A stretch of 64,000 nt of DNA, taken from Albugo candida. Lineage: Eukaryota. The position numbers and the translations under genes were made by a program. The notes beneath the pieces were generated by a model. That model saw nothing but the letters and a program-made list of their open reading frames with translations, was not told the DNA's origin and did not search any database. Where the stretch lies: NCBI GenBank assembly GCA_040437565.1, contig JBDOQK010000059.1:62001-126000 (forward strand), read 5' to 3'. Shown one piece after another: positions 36,897 through 49,214 of this stretch. Each line of letters starts with the position of its first letter. The stretch's first letter is position 1.

Positions 36897-38244
36897 CTAT
36901 CGTCTCAAGTTTTTTATCTTCTTTTTGAGCTTTTTTCCTGACATATTGGCCTCTTGTATCTGGCGATAAACTCGTTTTGTGTACTTTTGAACATCCGCGT
37001 CCGCCATAATTTCATCTGTCAAGGTCGCTTGTCTTGCTTTCTTCACGATCCGTGAAGTTTTGAACTCATGGGGCCCTTCAATGACGGTTCCTACCTGGAA
37101 ATGTTTCGGAAAGCCTTTCTTGTAATCACTTGATTTGTAGAATTTTTGGGGATCCAAAAAGTTCCTTAGTCGAATAAGTTCAAAATCGCGCTTGAGCTCG
37201 GGAGTGAGTTCATCTGTCGCCATGTCGAACCACTTTCGACCCGCAATCTTTTGATTCGTGTCATGAGCACGTTGTTGTTTTGCCACCGTCTCAACGCGTC
37301 GAGCCCGTTGTAATACTCGATTTACTTCGCTGTTGACGTCACTTTTACCAGCAGAAAGTCGTATGATTGCACCTTGCTTACGAGCTTCAAAGTCTATATA
37401 TTTTTTCCGAAGCCTGGTACCGCTATCGAGTTGGTCGAAAACATTGTGCATCTGTAGAATACCTTGATCTGCTTTTCCATCATGTGATACTACTGGGTTC
37501 TCAGTTGGTTTCTTAGATGTCAGATCGATCCCTGAAGCTGCTAATCGAACCTAGACATAGATTTGGATCAACATCATCAAATGATCTCTCGAGTGTACAC
37601 AATCTTACATAGTTTTCCAGTTCATCATCTTCCCCATTGTCAGACTTTGTCAACTGCTCCTGATGTGGAGGATTGCTGGCTTGGACCAAATGTTCATCCT
37701 CAAAATCCTCAAGGGCAATCAAACTTTTCTGCTGGCTATTTTCACTAAGCTTGTCAGAGTCATCGTCCTTTAAGAGACCACGCTGGAGGTCATTGTTTCT
37801 TAGATCACCATTTTTTTTCGCATCACTGTGAGCTTTTCTAGCAACAAAAGCTTCTGGTTCTGGTAATCTGATCGCAACTCTCGAATCGCTTTTCAGCTTC
37901 CTCTGCTTCATCTTCTCGTCATTGCTCTTGTCTGCAGATGTCTTTGATGATTTATTTGTTGTCATGAGCAGTACTCTGGCACTCCTTCTTACTGGAGTGT
38001 TGTCTTTCTGATTCTTGCTTGCTGAGCCTTTTGCTTGTCCTTTCGAACCAGTGCTCGAACTCGACAACCTCTGCTTCTTTGGAGTAATTTTACCACCTGG
38101 AGACAATACCATTTGATCTTCTCTTTCCGAGTTTACTACCGAGGATGATGCATTGCTACGAGCGCAAGGAGAGGCGCGAGATTTTTTATTTTCATTTAAA
38201 GAATCCTTTGATGGCGATTTGGCACTCCGCCGCGTAGTAACCAT
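36897..38244 (-). CDS. FCF2: Fcf2/DNTTIP2 pre-rRNA processing protein, multi-exon
   Basis: AGRKWFDM..ELTPELKRD..RLRNFLDPQKFYK..PKHFQVGTVIEGPHEF motif. Basic low-complexity N-terminus starting MVTTRRS. Confidence 0.85.
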
Positions 38245-38978
38245 CCTTTTAATTATANNNNNNNNNNNNNNNNNNNNNNNNNNNNNNNNNNNNNNNNNNN
38301 NNNNNNNNNNNNNNNNNNNNNNNNNNNNNNNNNNNNNNNNNNNNNNNNNNNNNNNNNGTGTAGACACAATCTGAGTCACCACATTTTGTCAGTTCTTTTC
38401 TCTAGTATCCCTTTAAGAACCCACTACAATTACAATAGATAACGCAGCAAGGCTCACCTTATCAAAGTGTATTTTTTCGTATATAATTTTCTTTCTTGTT
38501 TGAGAGTAATGTGCTCTTCAACGTTTTCAGGCAAATCGATTTGCGTCACTAGGAAAGATTACCTGATGTCTATCATTCCTGCATGAAACTACAGCAATTT
38601 GAAGAAAGCAAAAACATCCTAGCTCGAGCATAGCGGGGTGGCACTCGCTAGGTTTTTGACAAGAAATTAATCAGCACGGATAAAACGTGATCCAAAATAA
38701 AGTGTTTTGACCACTACTCCCTGGACTTGGCTACCAAGAAAAACTAAAAGTAGATCGTGATCAAATTCGATGATCTCACATGGAATGCGAGAAATGAGAT
38801 AGATAATTTGACCACGATGTTGCCTCAGTACAGTTAGCTTTACAGGTTTTACTTCTAGAGCAACCTATTGAAGGAATACTACGTCTCGTTTCAGTGATCT
38901 CCAATTCAAGTGCGTGTATTCTTCCCAGGGTGGTATTGACACTTATTGTAGGCACCAATTTACTAAAGAGATCGCCAC

Positions 38979-39088
38979 CATATAACGGCTACAGGCAGCA
39001 GCAGGCTTCTCGTATTAAGCAGTGTGGTCTGTTACATATAACGGCTACAGGCACCAGGCTTCTCGTCATAAGCAGTGTGGTCTGTTAC
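38979..39088. repeat. Two-copy imperfect tandem repeat (56/53 bp)
   Basis: CATATAACGGCTACAGGCA..CAGGCTTCTCGT..TAAGCAGTGTGGTCTGTTA repeated at 38979 and 39035. Confidence 0.9.
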
Positions 39089-39498
39089 GAGATCTCATAT
39101 TCTGGATTGGGTACGATAAGGATCTACTCAGAGTAGACCGCACAAGAATTGCTTGCTCGAGTGTTCGACAGTATGCCCCGCCGAGATGGACGCGGATAAA
39201 GTAGACTGGTATCGCGGTCAACTACATAGCGAGAACAATGTGCAACACCATTCATATCTTAGCGTTCCTTTCACAAACGGACATAATAACTTCCATTGTA
39301 CCGTTCGAACTTAACAACTTCGATGCCATACCGATCCTCTCCTTGCTGGTTGGATCACGCGTACTAAACGCTATTTATCCCATCCGTTGTCGCAGAACAC
39401 CATAGGAGGTGGCCAAAAATCAATACAGAAATATACAGCAATCCACTGAACTACTTACCGTCGGAATCATCGCGTGCATATCCATCAGTCCGTACCGA

Positions 39499-42125
39499 AT
39501 GGAACAAGTTTGGAAGGAAGAGCTGGACACAATATCACATTGGTTTGAAGCTCATGAGACCAGTAATAAGGAGAAGCGATGTCAAGTTTTCAGGCGTATA
39601 AATTACCAGGCATCCTATTCGATGCAGCATTTCGCATTTATGCGAAGCACATCCGAGACGTTGCAACTATCCAAGCAGAGTTCCCAAGCAGACAATACTT
39701 CTCTTGGCTCTATGATTCAAGTCATTGAGAATGAAAACGATATGGAAAACGTGTCAAGCTTCCTCGAAGGTGTCAACGCTGATGACATGCAATTATTATT
39801 ATCAAATCAGGAGCTTTTACCAGGTTCACATCAGGCTCTCCAAGCGGTGATTCCAGATCACAAAAAAGCCACCTCGAATGATCCCGTGTCATGCCCAGAG
39901 TCACCGAGGAAGGATGGAAACGGAAAATCACAACGAGAGGTATTTTCTGAAGACCCTGTGCAAATCAGCCTCATGTTCCAAACTTCTGAAGGGCTGAATG
40001 ATACTGGAAAGGATAAAGGCCTCAGTACAAAAATGCACGCGACTGAGTCAAGAAACTGGCAGGGAAAGTTATTGGACGCACAAAAGTGTAGCCAGTCGCT
40101 CGACGTGACATTGAAATTGAAAGAAGTCAAAATCGGGCGGAATGGACTTCCAGAGCCTGGAATAGGTCAAGATGTTCTAAGTACGCTTAGATCGAACAGA
40201 CTTGGAAAGAATGTCAAGGCGTTGAGAGTTTCACATGACACATATTGCAGAAACTTTGAGAATGGCATGAATGTACAAGTCCAACCACAGGACTCGTCAA
40301 ATTGCAAGGGAAAGATGGAGTACCCGCGAACCGTCAATGGAGCGCAGTCAAAAACGAATCTTTCCGAGCATTCTCAAACCTCTCGTTGGACTCCGTCGTC
40401 ACAACCACAAGTACGATTGGGGTCATCGAGTCACCTGTCGACAGAAATGGCGGTCAGGAAGTCCTCAACTTTGGGATGCAGCAAACTATTAGAGTACAAA
40501 CGACCGTGGTCGAGTGTGGAAGAAATTCCGAGCAAACCATTCTCACCTCTTTCAATCCAACGTGTGTCTTCTGAGAGCCGCTATCTCGCTGCAAGCAGCA
40601 GCGTACAAAATGAATCCGATACTACAGGGAACGAACGACTCAGTTTGTATCAAGCCCTCCATTTGGAAGACAGAGACGATACCCCATCTTACATTTCTAA
40701 CGGCATGTACAAACGTCCGATCGCGTTTAACAAATATCAACGAGATACGCCAGCAAAAGCACCAAAACAACTGTCAAAAGATGACTCTTGGACCATACCG
40801 AAAAAAAGATACAGGCATCGAAGTGATCGATCGCAATACCGGGACGACACACAAAACCACCGTCATAGTACGAGAAAGCATCAAAGGTCGGATGCAGGAA
40901 AAAGGTACAATAGTGAGAAACGTCGTAAGGGATCACGAAGTCCTACAGCGCGTTCAGAGGAGAAAAGAAGCCGCTTTGGACCGTCGTACCGGTCACGCTC
41001 ACGCTCACGGTCAAGATCTCGTTCGCGTCATTCATCAAAGTACTCTTCTCGAAGCAATGGTCGTTATGCAGAAGACGATTTGTCACTTGTTCGATATACT
41101 TCCAGAAAGCAGAAACGACAGAACGCTTCAAGCCGAAAATCCAAGCCGGTCAAACCAGTGTGCAACAAATCGACAACGCCAGAAATGCCATCAAAAGCTC
41201 TGAAAAAGCCTGTTGATGACCTCGGAAAAGAACTGGCTGTCATCGTAAATGCAAATTTTCAATCAGGCGATTCGAACACAAAAGCTCCTCAAAACGCCCC
41301 AAGTGGTCCAGCACCCAAAAGAATCAAACGCGACGAAGCTATAACTCTGCCTCTTGAGATTCAAGCGTATAGTTACTCAGAAGATGAAGATGAAGTCGAT
41401 CTCGACACGCAAGACGACCACGCTCAGTTTGACTTGACCGCTGTCCAAATCGACATGGAAACAATGAAACGTACCGCATACGTCTATGGAATCAGTCCAC
41501 GGCTGACAGAATTGGACTTAGAGACCGAATTTGCTCCGTTTGGGCTCGAGGTATGTCATCTTCTGACTGCATATCGACCATCTCACGAACAGGATTTTAG
41601 GTGCATAAAGAGACGGGTTTTGCCTGTATCGATCTATTTATTTGCAATCGATCTTTACGACCTCGTGGAGACGGTTGCATTCGTTTTATAAGCGAATCAG
41701 CAGCCATTCGTGCGGTCGAAGAGGTCCATGGTAGTATAGAATCCGTATACAAATGATGCTTGATACTCATGTATTTCACTATAGCAAAAATAGTCTTGAA
41801 TACGCAAATTTCCGTTCAGCGAATCGACGAAAATATCTTGAAAATCCTGACGGCTCAACTCGCTGCACACTACGACACCTGGCGATGTGGAAATCGTAAA
41901 TGTCAACAGAGTACGAGTGTATGGAGGATAGCGTGTCAAAAGTGCGAACGACCTCGTCCATTTACTTCAAGTTCCGTCCGCATTCGATCCGACAGCTGGC
42001 TGTGTGCATTGTACGTCGCATCCTTCTGATATCATGAACTTTGCATTAATCAGGTGACTTGTAGCTGCTGGACCGCAAATGACTCAGAAAGTATTCATTG
42101 TCGCGCATGTAAAAGCACAATGTGA
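39499..42125 (+). CDS. RS-rich protein with FET-like RRM and two RanBP2-type zinc fingers, multi-exon; start uncertain
   Basis: RSRSRSRSRSRS tract. RRM TAYVYGI...RPRGDGCIRF. Zinc fingers DTWRCGNRKC...RIACQKC and DSWLCAFCWTAN...CRAC after splicing. Confidence 0.75.
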
Positions 42126-42146
42126 GTGGAAGACAGAAGACCACAT

Positions 42147-43512
42147 TCAGAATCGATAAATGCACGAATCGCTGACGGTCAAGGACTTGAGCATTTTCTC
42201 TACGTCAGCATCAAACGCTGGTGGACCACAATGGAAGAAAGCCGTCTCTTTCCCTACAAACTGCCCAATAAACTCGTGCATTATCGAATCATCCAGTCTC
42301 CCATGTCTAATTGCAAGCGATTCCGTCTGACACTTTGTGGAAATCTCTGCATCTTCCGAAACGATATGCCGTACACTTATCCGAGAAGGAAACATGTTGG
42401 TCAACGCCTCCAGTTGATCGAAAGCAATGACGTCCTGTATAGTACGATTGCAATATAAAAGCATGACTGTGGTTCTGTGGTCCTGAAATGACTCAAAGGT
42501 TGCTCGTATGAGCTGCAGCATCGGCGTGATACCGCTTCCAGCAGCGATAAGCACGAGATGCTCAACATTACGCTGCTGGATCTTTCCTTCCCGTTTGACA
42601 ATGCCGACAGCCGGGTATAATAAAATCCCTTTGGGTCCACGCATTTCGATCTCGGTGCCGATGGGAAGCGATTCCAAGTACCTACTCATCAAGCCGTCTG
42701 GGTACAATCTGACGATGAGCTCGAAGAATTTCCGTTGGTTAAAGCGCGATACAGGCGTGTAAGCTCGTTCAATGACTCTTCCAGCAATATTGGCTCGAAG
42801 CTCAAGATGTTGACCTGGTATACAAAGCCCCTACACAGAAAAGATGCTTACGTGATGCCTTGCCGATTAAAGATAACAAACCAGAGGCTTTGATTCGGGA
42901 AGTTCAAAGACGTATTTGCACGCAGTTTTGGTCACAGATTGCTTGGAGAATAAGCGGAAAGGTCGCCAAGCCGTGGTATTGAGAGCTACAGAATCACCGA
43001 TCTCGGCTTTGTGGCCAAGGGTCGAAGCCAGCTCCAAATCCCCAATATAACATTTCTGGAGGTGCAAAAGATAAGCGCTGGAGAAGAGAGAGAAAGCTAC
43101 ATACAGCGAGCATTGCGTGGCCATTGACCCAGGCGTGATACTCGTTGAATAGAGCGGTCCCATCGCTACCAGCAGCCATCATCAAATAGCGCATACCTCC
43201 AGGATGATACTTAAGGTAAGGCGTTATATTATAGACCTAGAGGAAACTTAATTATTGTGGATTGGTACATAAATTAGCACTACCTTTCCATCTAGAGCCA
43301 TCCATGCGTCATCTTCGCGGTTATGTGTCGCTATTTCGGCAATTGTGATGTTCTTTCGAGGTGACTTTCCTCCAAGTTGAGCCAAGTCGCGTCCCGATTG
43401 GGTTAAACGCATCCAATGCTGTAGAGGCAGTGAGAAGAAATTCCTAACATATATTGATTACCAGTTGACTGTATCCTGGTGCTAAAGTGACTTTGCGATC
43501 GCGTTTCGCCAT
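42147..43512 (-). CDS. Cytochrome b5 + NADH-cytochrome b5 reductase fusion (CYB5R4/NCB5OR-like), multi-exon
   Basis: [13 protein letters not shown]-terminus. b5 heme motif YHPGG..EYHAWVN. FAD motif [21 protein letters not shown] and CGPP. Confidence 0.88.
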
Positions 43513-43711
43513 TTTAACGGCTGAATAATGGCACTAAAGCTCTTGAGAGTGCTATAACAAAAAATGAACGGTTCCTTCAAATTTCGGACGAGTTTTAGTC
43601 TCATCTCGCGAACATTTGTGAAAGGTATTAAATGTGCAGAAGGTGTCAATGAGCAAAATGACCATTTTTTATTTGCTGTCGTATTTGCCGAAACCTTTTA
43701 TTGCAGGTTAT

Positions 43712-45338
43712 TCAACTAACACCCGCTCTTGTTCGGGCTCCTATTATTCCCATTTTCTATTGAGCCAAGAAAGGATTGAAACCAGTCATTCTTTTTTATG
43801 TGCTGGAAATCCAATTCGAGTTCTTTATCTTCAAGAACGCCGTAGCTTTCCGCAGTTTCCAGCCACTGCAGACATTTCTGATAGAAGCAAAATAATTTAA
43901 CGAAACCAGAACGCTTTTATAAAGGTTGCGTACCGTTTCGTCGCAGAATGCAGGTGTCGCATACAGTCTTGCAAGTCCATAGCATCCCAATCGCTCATCA
44001 AATTGATGCGCCACAAACAGATACTTCTGTGCTCGATCAAAGTAAATTTTTCCAGCACTTTTCTGGATTCGAGGCTGCTTCACTAAACTGGAGACTATCA
44101 ATTCACCAAGCAGATGGAGTAGATGAGGCACGGAATCATTCGCTGTTTCAGATTCTAGCAAATCCTGATACGCATTGATATCAAATCCATTTGACAGAAG
44201 AAAATTTTGTGTCATCCCATCAACTTCCTGAATAATTGTGTCCATTCGCTCCACTGAAGGAAACCAACACCCCCAAGTCAGCACATAGAAGATAAATCTT
44301 ATCCATTCCAGCAATATGACATCGCTTCTAGGATCGAGATCTAGAAGAGAAGTGAATTGCAATCAGGTTATGGTGCTTGAGATTGCAAACTCACCTTGGG
44401 CAGTTTTGTACTGTCGATAGACTTTTTCAAAACTTGCACTATCAATATCATAGATGGATGCATAAAGTTTGGCTCGAAGCAATTCTACTTGCGCGTAGTC
44501 TTCTTCGGTGATTATGTCTTCGTCATCAGAATTTTCATATGTTGAAGCTCCCACTCGAACTTGCGTCTGGTACAAGCGCTCCAGATTCTCGCACCTCAAT
44601 AAAGCTCTCTTATAATAACATTCGGCCTCCGAACTTGGTTTCTCGTTAATTAGGTACTGTTCGTGAGCTGGATATCGCATAAAATCTCCCACTTCTACTA
44701 ACGCTTTTGCATGATGTAGATTTGTCTCGAAGTTATTGCCATCATCCAGCTCAGTAGCCTTCTACAATGGCAATACATGTGAGATCGAAAAAGTGAAATC
44801 GGTCATATACTTAACGTCTAATGCCTCAAAAGCCTTACTAAATAATGTGTTGTCCTGCTGCTCCTTGGCAAGAACAAGAAGACAGCTTCCCCACAATGTG
44901 TATCCGACTGCTCCTAACGCATTGGCTTCTTTGTTTGAGATTCGATCGATCTCTTCGAACTTGTCAATGGCAGCATTTGCTAGTTCGACATCATCGTGCT
45001 GCGACGCAAGTCGTGCCAGCGCTGTTCCCCACAGAAATAACGCGTCCATCATTTGTGACTTTTCCATATCGGGATTCTCATCAATGACCTTTTTCAGCCG
45101 TTTACCTATCTGCCAAGTCTCTATCATAATAATTTGATAATAGCTCCAGTATAATGTTGTTGTAGAAGCACGATTTGAATGAGTGCTTACGCTTTTGTGA
45201 GAGCTTGTCTTGATGCAAGAGATCATTCACACTATCAATTGTTTCCTGGATGTCTTCTCTATCGGTGCCTTGTTTCAATGGGCATGGACATACTGCTGCT
45301 TTATGCTTCTTTGCCGAATACTTCTCATCGCTTGACAT
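43712..45338 (-). CDS. TPR-like helical-repeat protein of unknown function, multi-exon
   Basis: ALFLWGTALARLA..AIDKFE; YTLWGSCL; AECYYKRAL; C-terminal YGLARLYA..CLQWLE..DFQHIKKNDWF. ORFs are joined by GT-AG introns. Confidence 0.65.
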
Positions 45339-46055
45339 AGTCCAGTAAAAGATGCACTGATTGGTTATCGGGATTTCATCAGAAAAACTCAGACTGTGAT
45401 GCAGAAATTCAATGCCATCGATCGAGTTGTGTTACCGACCGCAATCAGTCTCCATTGCTTTCACTTAATTCTCAAATAAATAGTTTAATCCTTTGTAAGC
45501 TTTTACAAATTGGGTGCCGTGTACATTGTACTAAGATTGTCTTCCACATGTTCGTCTTATATTGAGAGCTAGCATTTTATTGCTGAGATTAGTTGGTGTA
45601 CACAAACGACAATATTTCAGCGCTTGATTTGCACACATTTGGAAGTTGAGAGACCTTTTTTTTATTATAGTGACAGCTCTTATGTGTCTCTATACCCGTG
45701 CTACAAAAGTTTCTCAATGAATCCTGCTGAACTGAACGGAGTTTCGACGGCGCGATAAAAATGAAGGTACAGACATCAATATCATTACTGGTGTTCTTGC
45801 GGTGACATCAAATACGTAGAAGGCAATCTATCTTATTAGTCTATTTCGTGCGCACTGTCTTGCTGCTAGCTGCTATCTGCCATATATTTTTGATTAGCAC
45901 TTTCCATTTGCGACGATCTTGACCGAAATGAGCCAGTTCTGAGATCTCCAGAGTTTTCTAGTTGCAGGTTAATCGGACGTCTCTGGCTAATACCGTAGAG
46001 ATTAAGTTTGTGATCTGTCGCGGAAAATGGACAAGTCGTCTGATACGTTGCTTGC

Positions 46056-46254
46056 GAGGCATCGTGGTTTGAGCTGGAAGCCCTGGAATCGACGCAACAT
46101 GTGTGCCCGAACACGGTTTGAGCCGACTCGAGGAAAATATCTGCCTCCTCAAGTTCGAAGCAAGGCCTAAGTAATATTCACACCGTCAAGAGCTAATGAT
46201 ACGATAAGGTACGTAGGTAAAGAGCCAGATAAACAGTGTAAGGAAATCCTTGAC
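46056..46254 (+). mobile_element. Diverged member of the SINE family at 25082
   Basis: 46114-46254 shares CGGTTTGAGCC, GGAAAATATCTGCCTCC, CCAGATAAACAGTGTAA and terminal GAAATCCTTGAC. A-box-like TGGTTTGAGCTGG lies upstream. Confidence 0.75.
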
Positions 46255-46969
46255 GCCACTAGCAAGGTGTATTCGGAGTGGCTTTGTCCCGTTAACTACG
46301 GTATTTTGCATGCATGTCACCGGCACAACAGTGTACTGAAAGTTCCATACAACACATATACAAATAACACCAATCATCACTTGTGGCTGTAGTGTCTAGT
46401 TCCGAAGCTTTATTTCAATAAAGGTTTACTCACAGCTGACGAACGCTCCGGAATCAAAGGTCTTGAATGCTTAGTCATCCGATCCAGTCCTGGTCTGATG
46501 ATATAGATGAGGATTTGTTGATGCTGATAGCTAGTAGACGACATATTTGCGAAGGGTACACTCAGCAGGGATGGCAGCTCTTTGAGAGCGTTACAAATCG
46601 TAAACATCTTACGAGGGTAACCGCTCATTATTTCTTGTGTAGTGCCGTCAATATATGGTATGTTCGGACGCAAGCTGAGCCGAAACAACATTAAATGATT
46701 GTTTTGCTATTTGTCCTTACCCTTTTATCCTTCTGGACCCTTTTATCCTTCTATAAGGCACAAGAATGCGTGCAGGCATACTGCTCGCGACATATCCGAC
46801 TGACGCGTGCTGTTAGTGAGCATATACATACAAGCATCGCTGCTTCTCGATAGCATGAACGTGACAACAGACGACGAAGAAAACTCATAATACTCAATTA
46901 TTTCTGTAAAAAACAATTACATGAAGAGTATAGACAGGCAGCATTCAATATATCACGATCCTAGAGACT

Positions 46970-47785
46970 TCATCCTGACAATATGCCATTCCAGTTGGGT
47001 GTTGATCCCAGCATGCCTTCAGTGCTCGATGCCGAGATGGCACGCCTCTCTCCAAACAAATAATACCCAATCACATAGCCTAATATGATCGAGAGAAATA
47101 ATATCCAATCATAAGTCATCGATACCAACATGAGCAGATATGCGATCAAAATAGAAATTCCATGTAAAAGACAATGCACAACGTGCCGTGTGTTGGGACC
47201 AAGCGCCATGATATGACGTGAAATCCATATTCTGAATCTGGTTAGCAGGAAAAGATTGCCATTCGTAAAGAATCGTTCCTTTCGTTCAGCTAAAAGATGC
47301 GAAGATTCGCCTAAAAAGGAGCTGCTATTTCGATTTGTCGCCGCCCAATCTCGCTGTCGCGCCCCTTCTTTCCTTAGCGTTCTTCTTATACTCAATATAT
47401 ACTCGTTAAATATTGCAAATGCTGCAACAAACAGGCAGCTAAAAAAGTATCGGACTTTCGTATTGAGAACCCAGCCAGGAAACCAGAGCAGGAGACACGG
47501 GCTCTGAGCGTTGGATGATCCAATTGTAAATCCATTCAGCATTGTTGTACCGGGCCCCGAACAGAACATTTTCTTGGTATCCGAACTCTGCTCATCAAGA
47601 TATGGTCGGATGTCATCGTAAATGTAATGCGCATGTGTCATACTGCACGTGTGTATGATTTGTTGACCATGTTTCATGTATATTTGTGGTCCGTTCATTT
47701 TTGTTTGCATTCCACATACTGGGCATAATCCATCTGACGACTTGGAAGGTTCCATAGAACCTTGCTTAATACCTCCCAAGCCCAT
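46970..47785 (-). CDS. Ctr (SLC31) copper transporter with N-terminal CPVCGM (YHS/TRASH-like) motif; start uncertain
   Basis: 3 TM segments; AYLLMLVSMTYD (MxxxM) and LGYVIG (GxxxG); CPVCGM...HTCSMTHA. Confidence 0.85.
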   Translation of the reverse strand: MGLGGIKQGSMEPSKSSDGLCPVCGMQTKMNGPQIYMKHGQQIIHTCSMTHAHYIYDDIRPYLDEQSSDTKKMFCSGPGTTMLNGFTIGSSNAQSPCLLLWFPGWVLNTKVRYFFSCLFVAAFAIFNEYILSIRRTLRKEGARQRDWAATNRNSSSFLGESSHLLAERKERFFTNGNLFLLTRFRIWISRHIMALGPNTRHVVHCLLHGISILIAYLLMLVSMTYDWILFLSIILGYVIGYYLFGERRAISASSTEGMLGSTPNWNGILSG

Positions 47786-48305
47786 TATCTATCACAGAAT
47801 ATGATGAGATCACCAGCCTGCAACTATGAAATAAAGTCTACCGAATTTCGCAAAAACGTCTGATACGTCCATTCTGAAGCAAACTCTATAATTTGTCCAT
47901 TATGTAAGTGTAGTCGATGTGATTGCGTTGTGATAGTTTCTCCATTTACAGGGTCCCTCTAAAAATCACATGAAGCAAGATCTTTTAAATGCAAAGCATG
48001 ACTTGTTACAAAACGAAATTTTGACCTCTGCTTTGCTTCCTGGAAACCAACACAGCACAATTCCGAGTAGAAGCATACCAGCCATCCTAAAAACATCTAA
48101 TGTCATAGTAAAACACGACAGAGAATGTAAAAATACGATGGATTACGACGAGGTCAAACGGCTAATTGAAAGTTACATTGAGACGCGATAACGTATATTT
48201 CCACTTTACGGCAAGCACCGTGTCGCATATTGTAGAAAACAGCTTTGCAAAGGGAAAATACCAGAAATCAAAAGTTTACACCCCGTCAAGAACGATCGCA
48301 TCATA

Positions 48306-48935
48306 ATGCCAGATTTTTGCACGGGAAGCGGGGTCGCTATGGGCAGTGACGGCTTGAAATTAGACGGTGTAAATTCAAGAGATGATTGTGTAATGTTATG
48401 GACAACTTCATTAGATCTCTCTTCTAGCTTCCGAATGGCTGTAGCATGCTTTTTCGTCTTTTGCATCGCGGTATTAGCGCAATTTCTTGGCACGACAAAT
48501 AGCAACCGTTTGCGGTCTGCGAAGAAATTGGCGCAGACCTTATATCAAAATTCGCAAAGGTCCAACAGCATTAGGGATGACACGCAAGTAATGCGCCGTG
48601 GATCAAGAGATGATTCAGACAATGTATCTGCATTTAATCACGATTCTCCGTCGATGTACAATACAATCAGCAATTCCACAGCATCGGGATCAGTGGACGG
48701 AATTGATTCATCGGGTGCAGTACTGCAGAAAGCCGGCAATCTGATGCATTTAAAGGATAGTTTTCTACATGGGCTTCGCATCTTCGTCGCTTACTTGCTG
48801 ATGCTTGTGGTGATGACATACAGCGTCAACCTTATTGCGAGCATCGTCTTCGGCTTTGCTACCGGATATTATGTGTTCACTGGGGATTCCGCTAAAGTTC
48901 CGATCTCAGCAGATCCGTGCTGTGCTTCCGATTAA
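48306..48935 (+). CDS. Ctr (SLC31) copper transporter; may extend 5' to 47970
   Basis: AYLLMLVVMTYS (MxxxM), GFATG, FCTGSGVAM motif shared with the neighbour, and C-terminal DPCC. Confidence 0.83.
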   Translation: MPDFCTGSGVAMGSDGLKLDGVNSRDDCVMLWTTSLDLSSSFRMAVACFFVFCIAVLAQFLGTTNSNRLRSAKKLAQTLYQNSQRSNSIRDDTQVMRRGSRDDSDNVSAFNHDSPSMYNTISNSTASGSVDGIDSSGAVLQKAGNLMHLKDSFLHGLRIFVAYLLMLVVMTYSVNLIASIVFGFATGYYVFTGDSAKVPISADPCCASD

Positions 48936-49214
48936 AATAGGATATATCCGTCTTTTATGTATTAAGGTGTCAATTGTATTCNNNNNNNNNNNNNNNNNNN
49001 NNNNNNNNNNNNNNNNNNNNNNNNNNNNNNNNNNNNNNNNNNNNNNNNNNNNNNNNNNNNNNNNNNNNNNNNNNNNNNNNNGTGAGTTTTATTAATCGGT
49101 CTCCGATCAGATCGAGCTGAATCGATTAAAACGACGTGCGCCAAGATTATTTACATTGTCCCATCTTGTATTCCGTTATCAACTTGTTCATAATTGGATC
49201 CTCTCTTCCCAGCA

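Noticed and set aside
38979-39088. CRISPR-like repeat
   Set aside because: Two adjacent units with no spacers, no cas genes and a eukaryotic context.
46270-46700. Possible transposase remnant
   Set aside because: No catalytic motif or TIR pair could be recognised.
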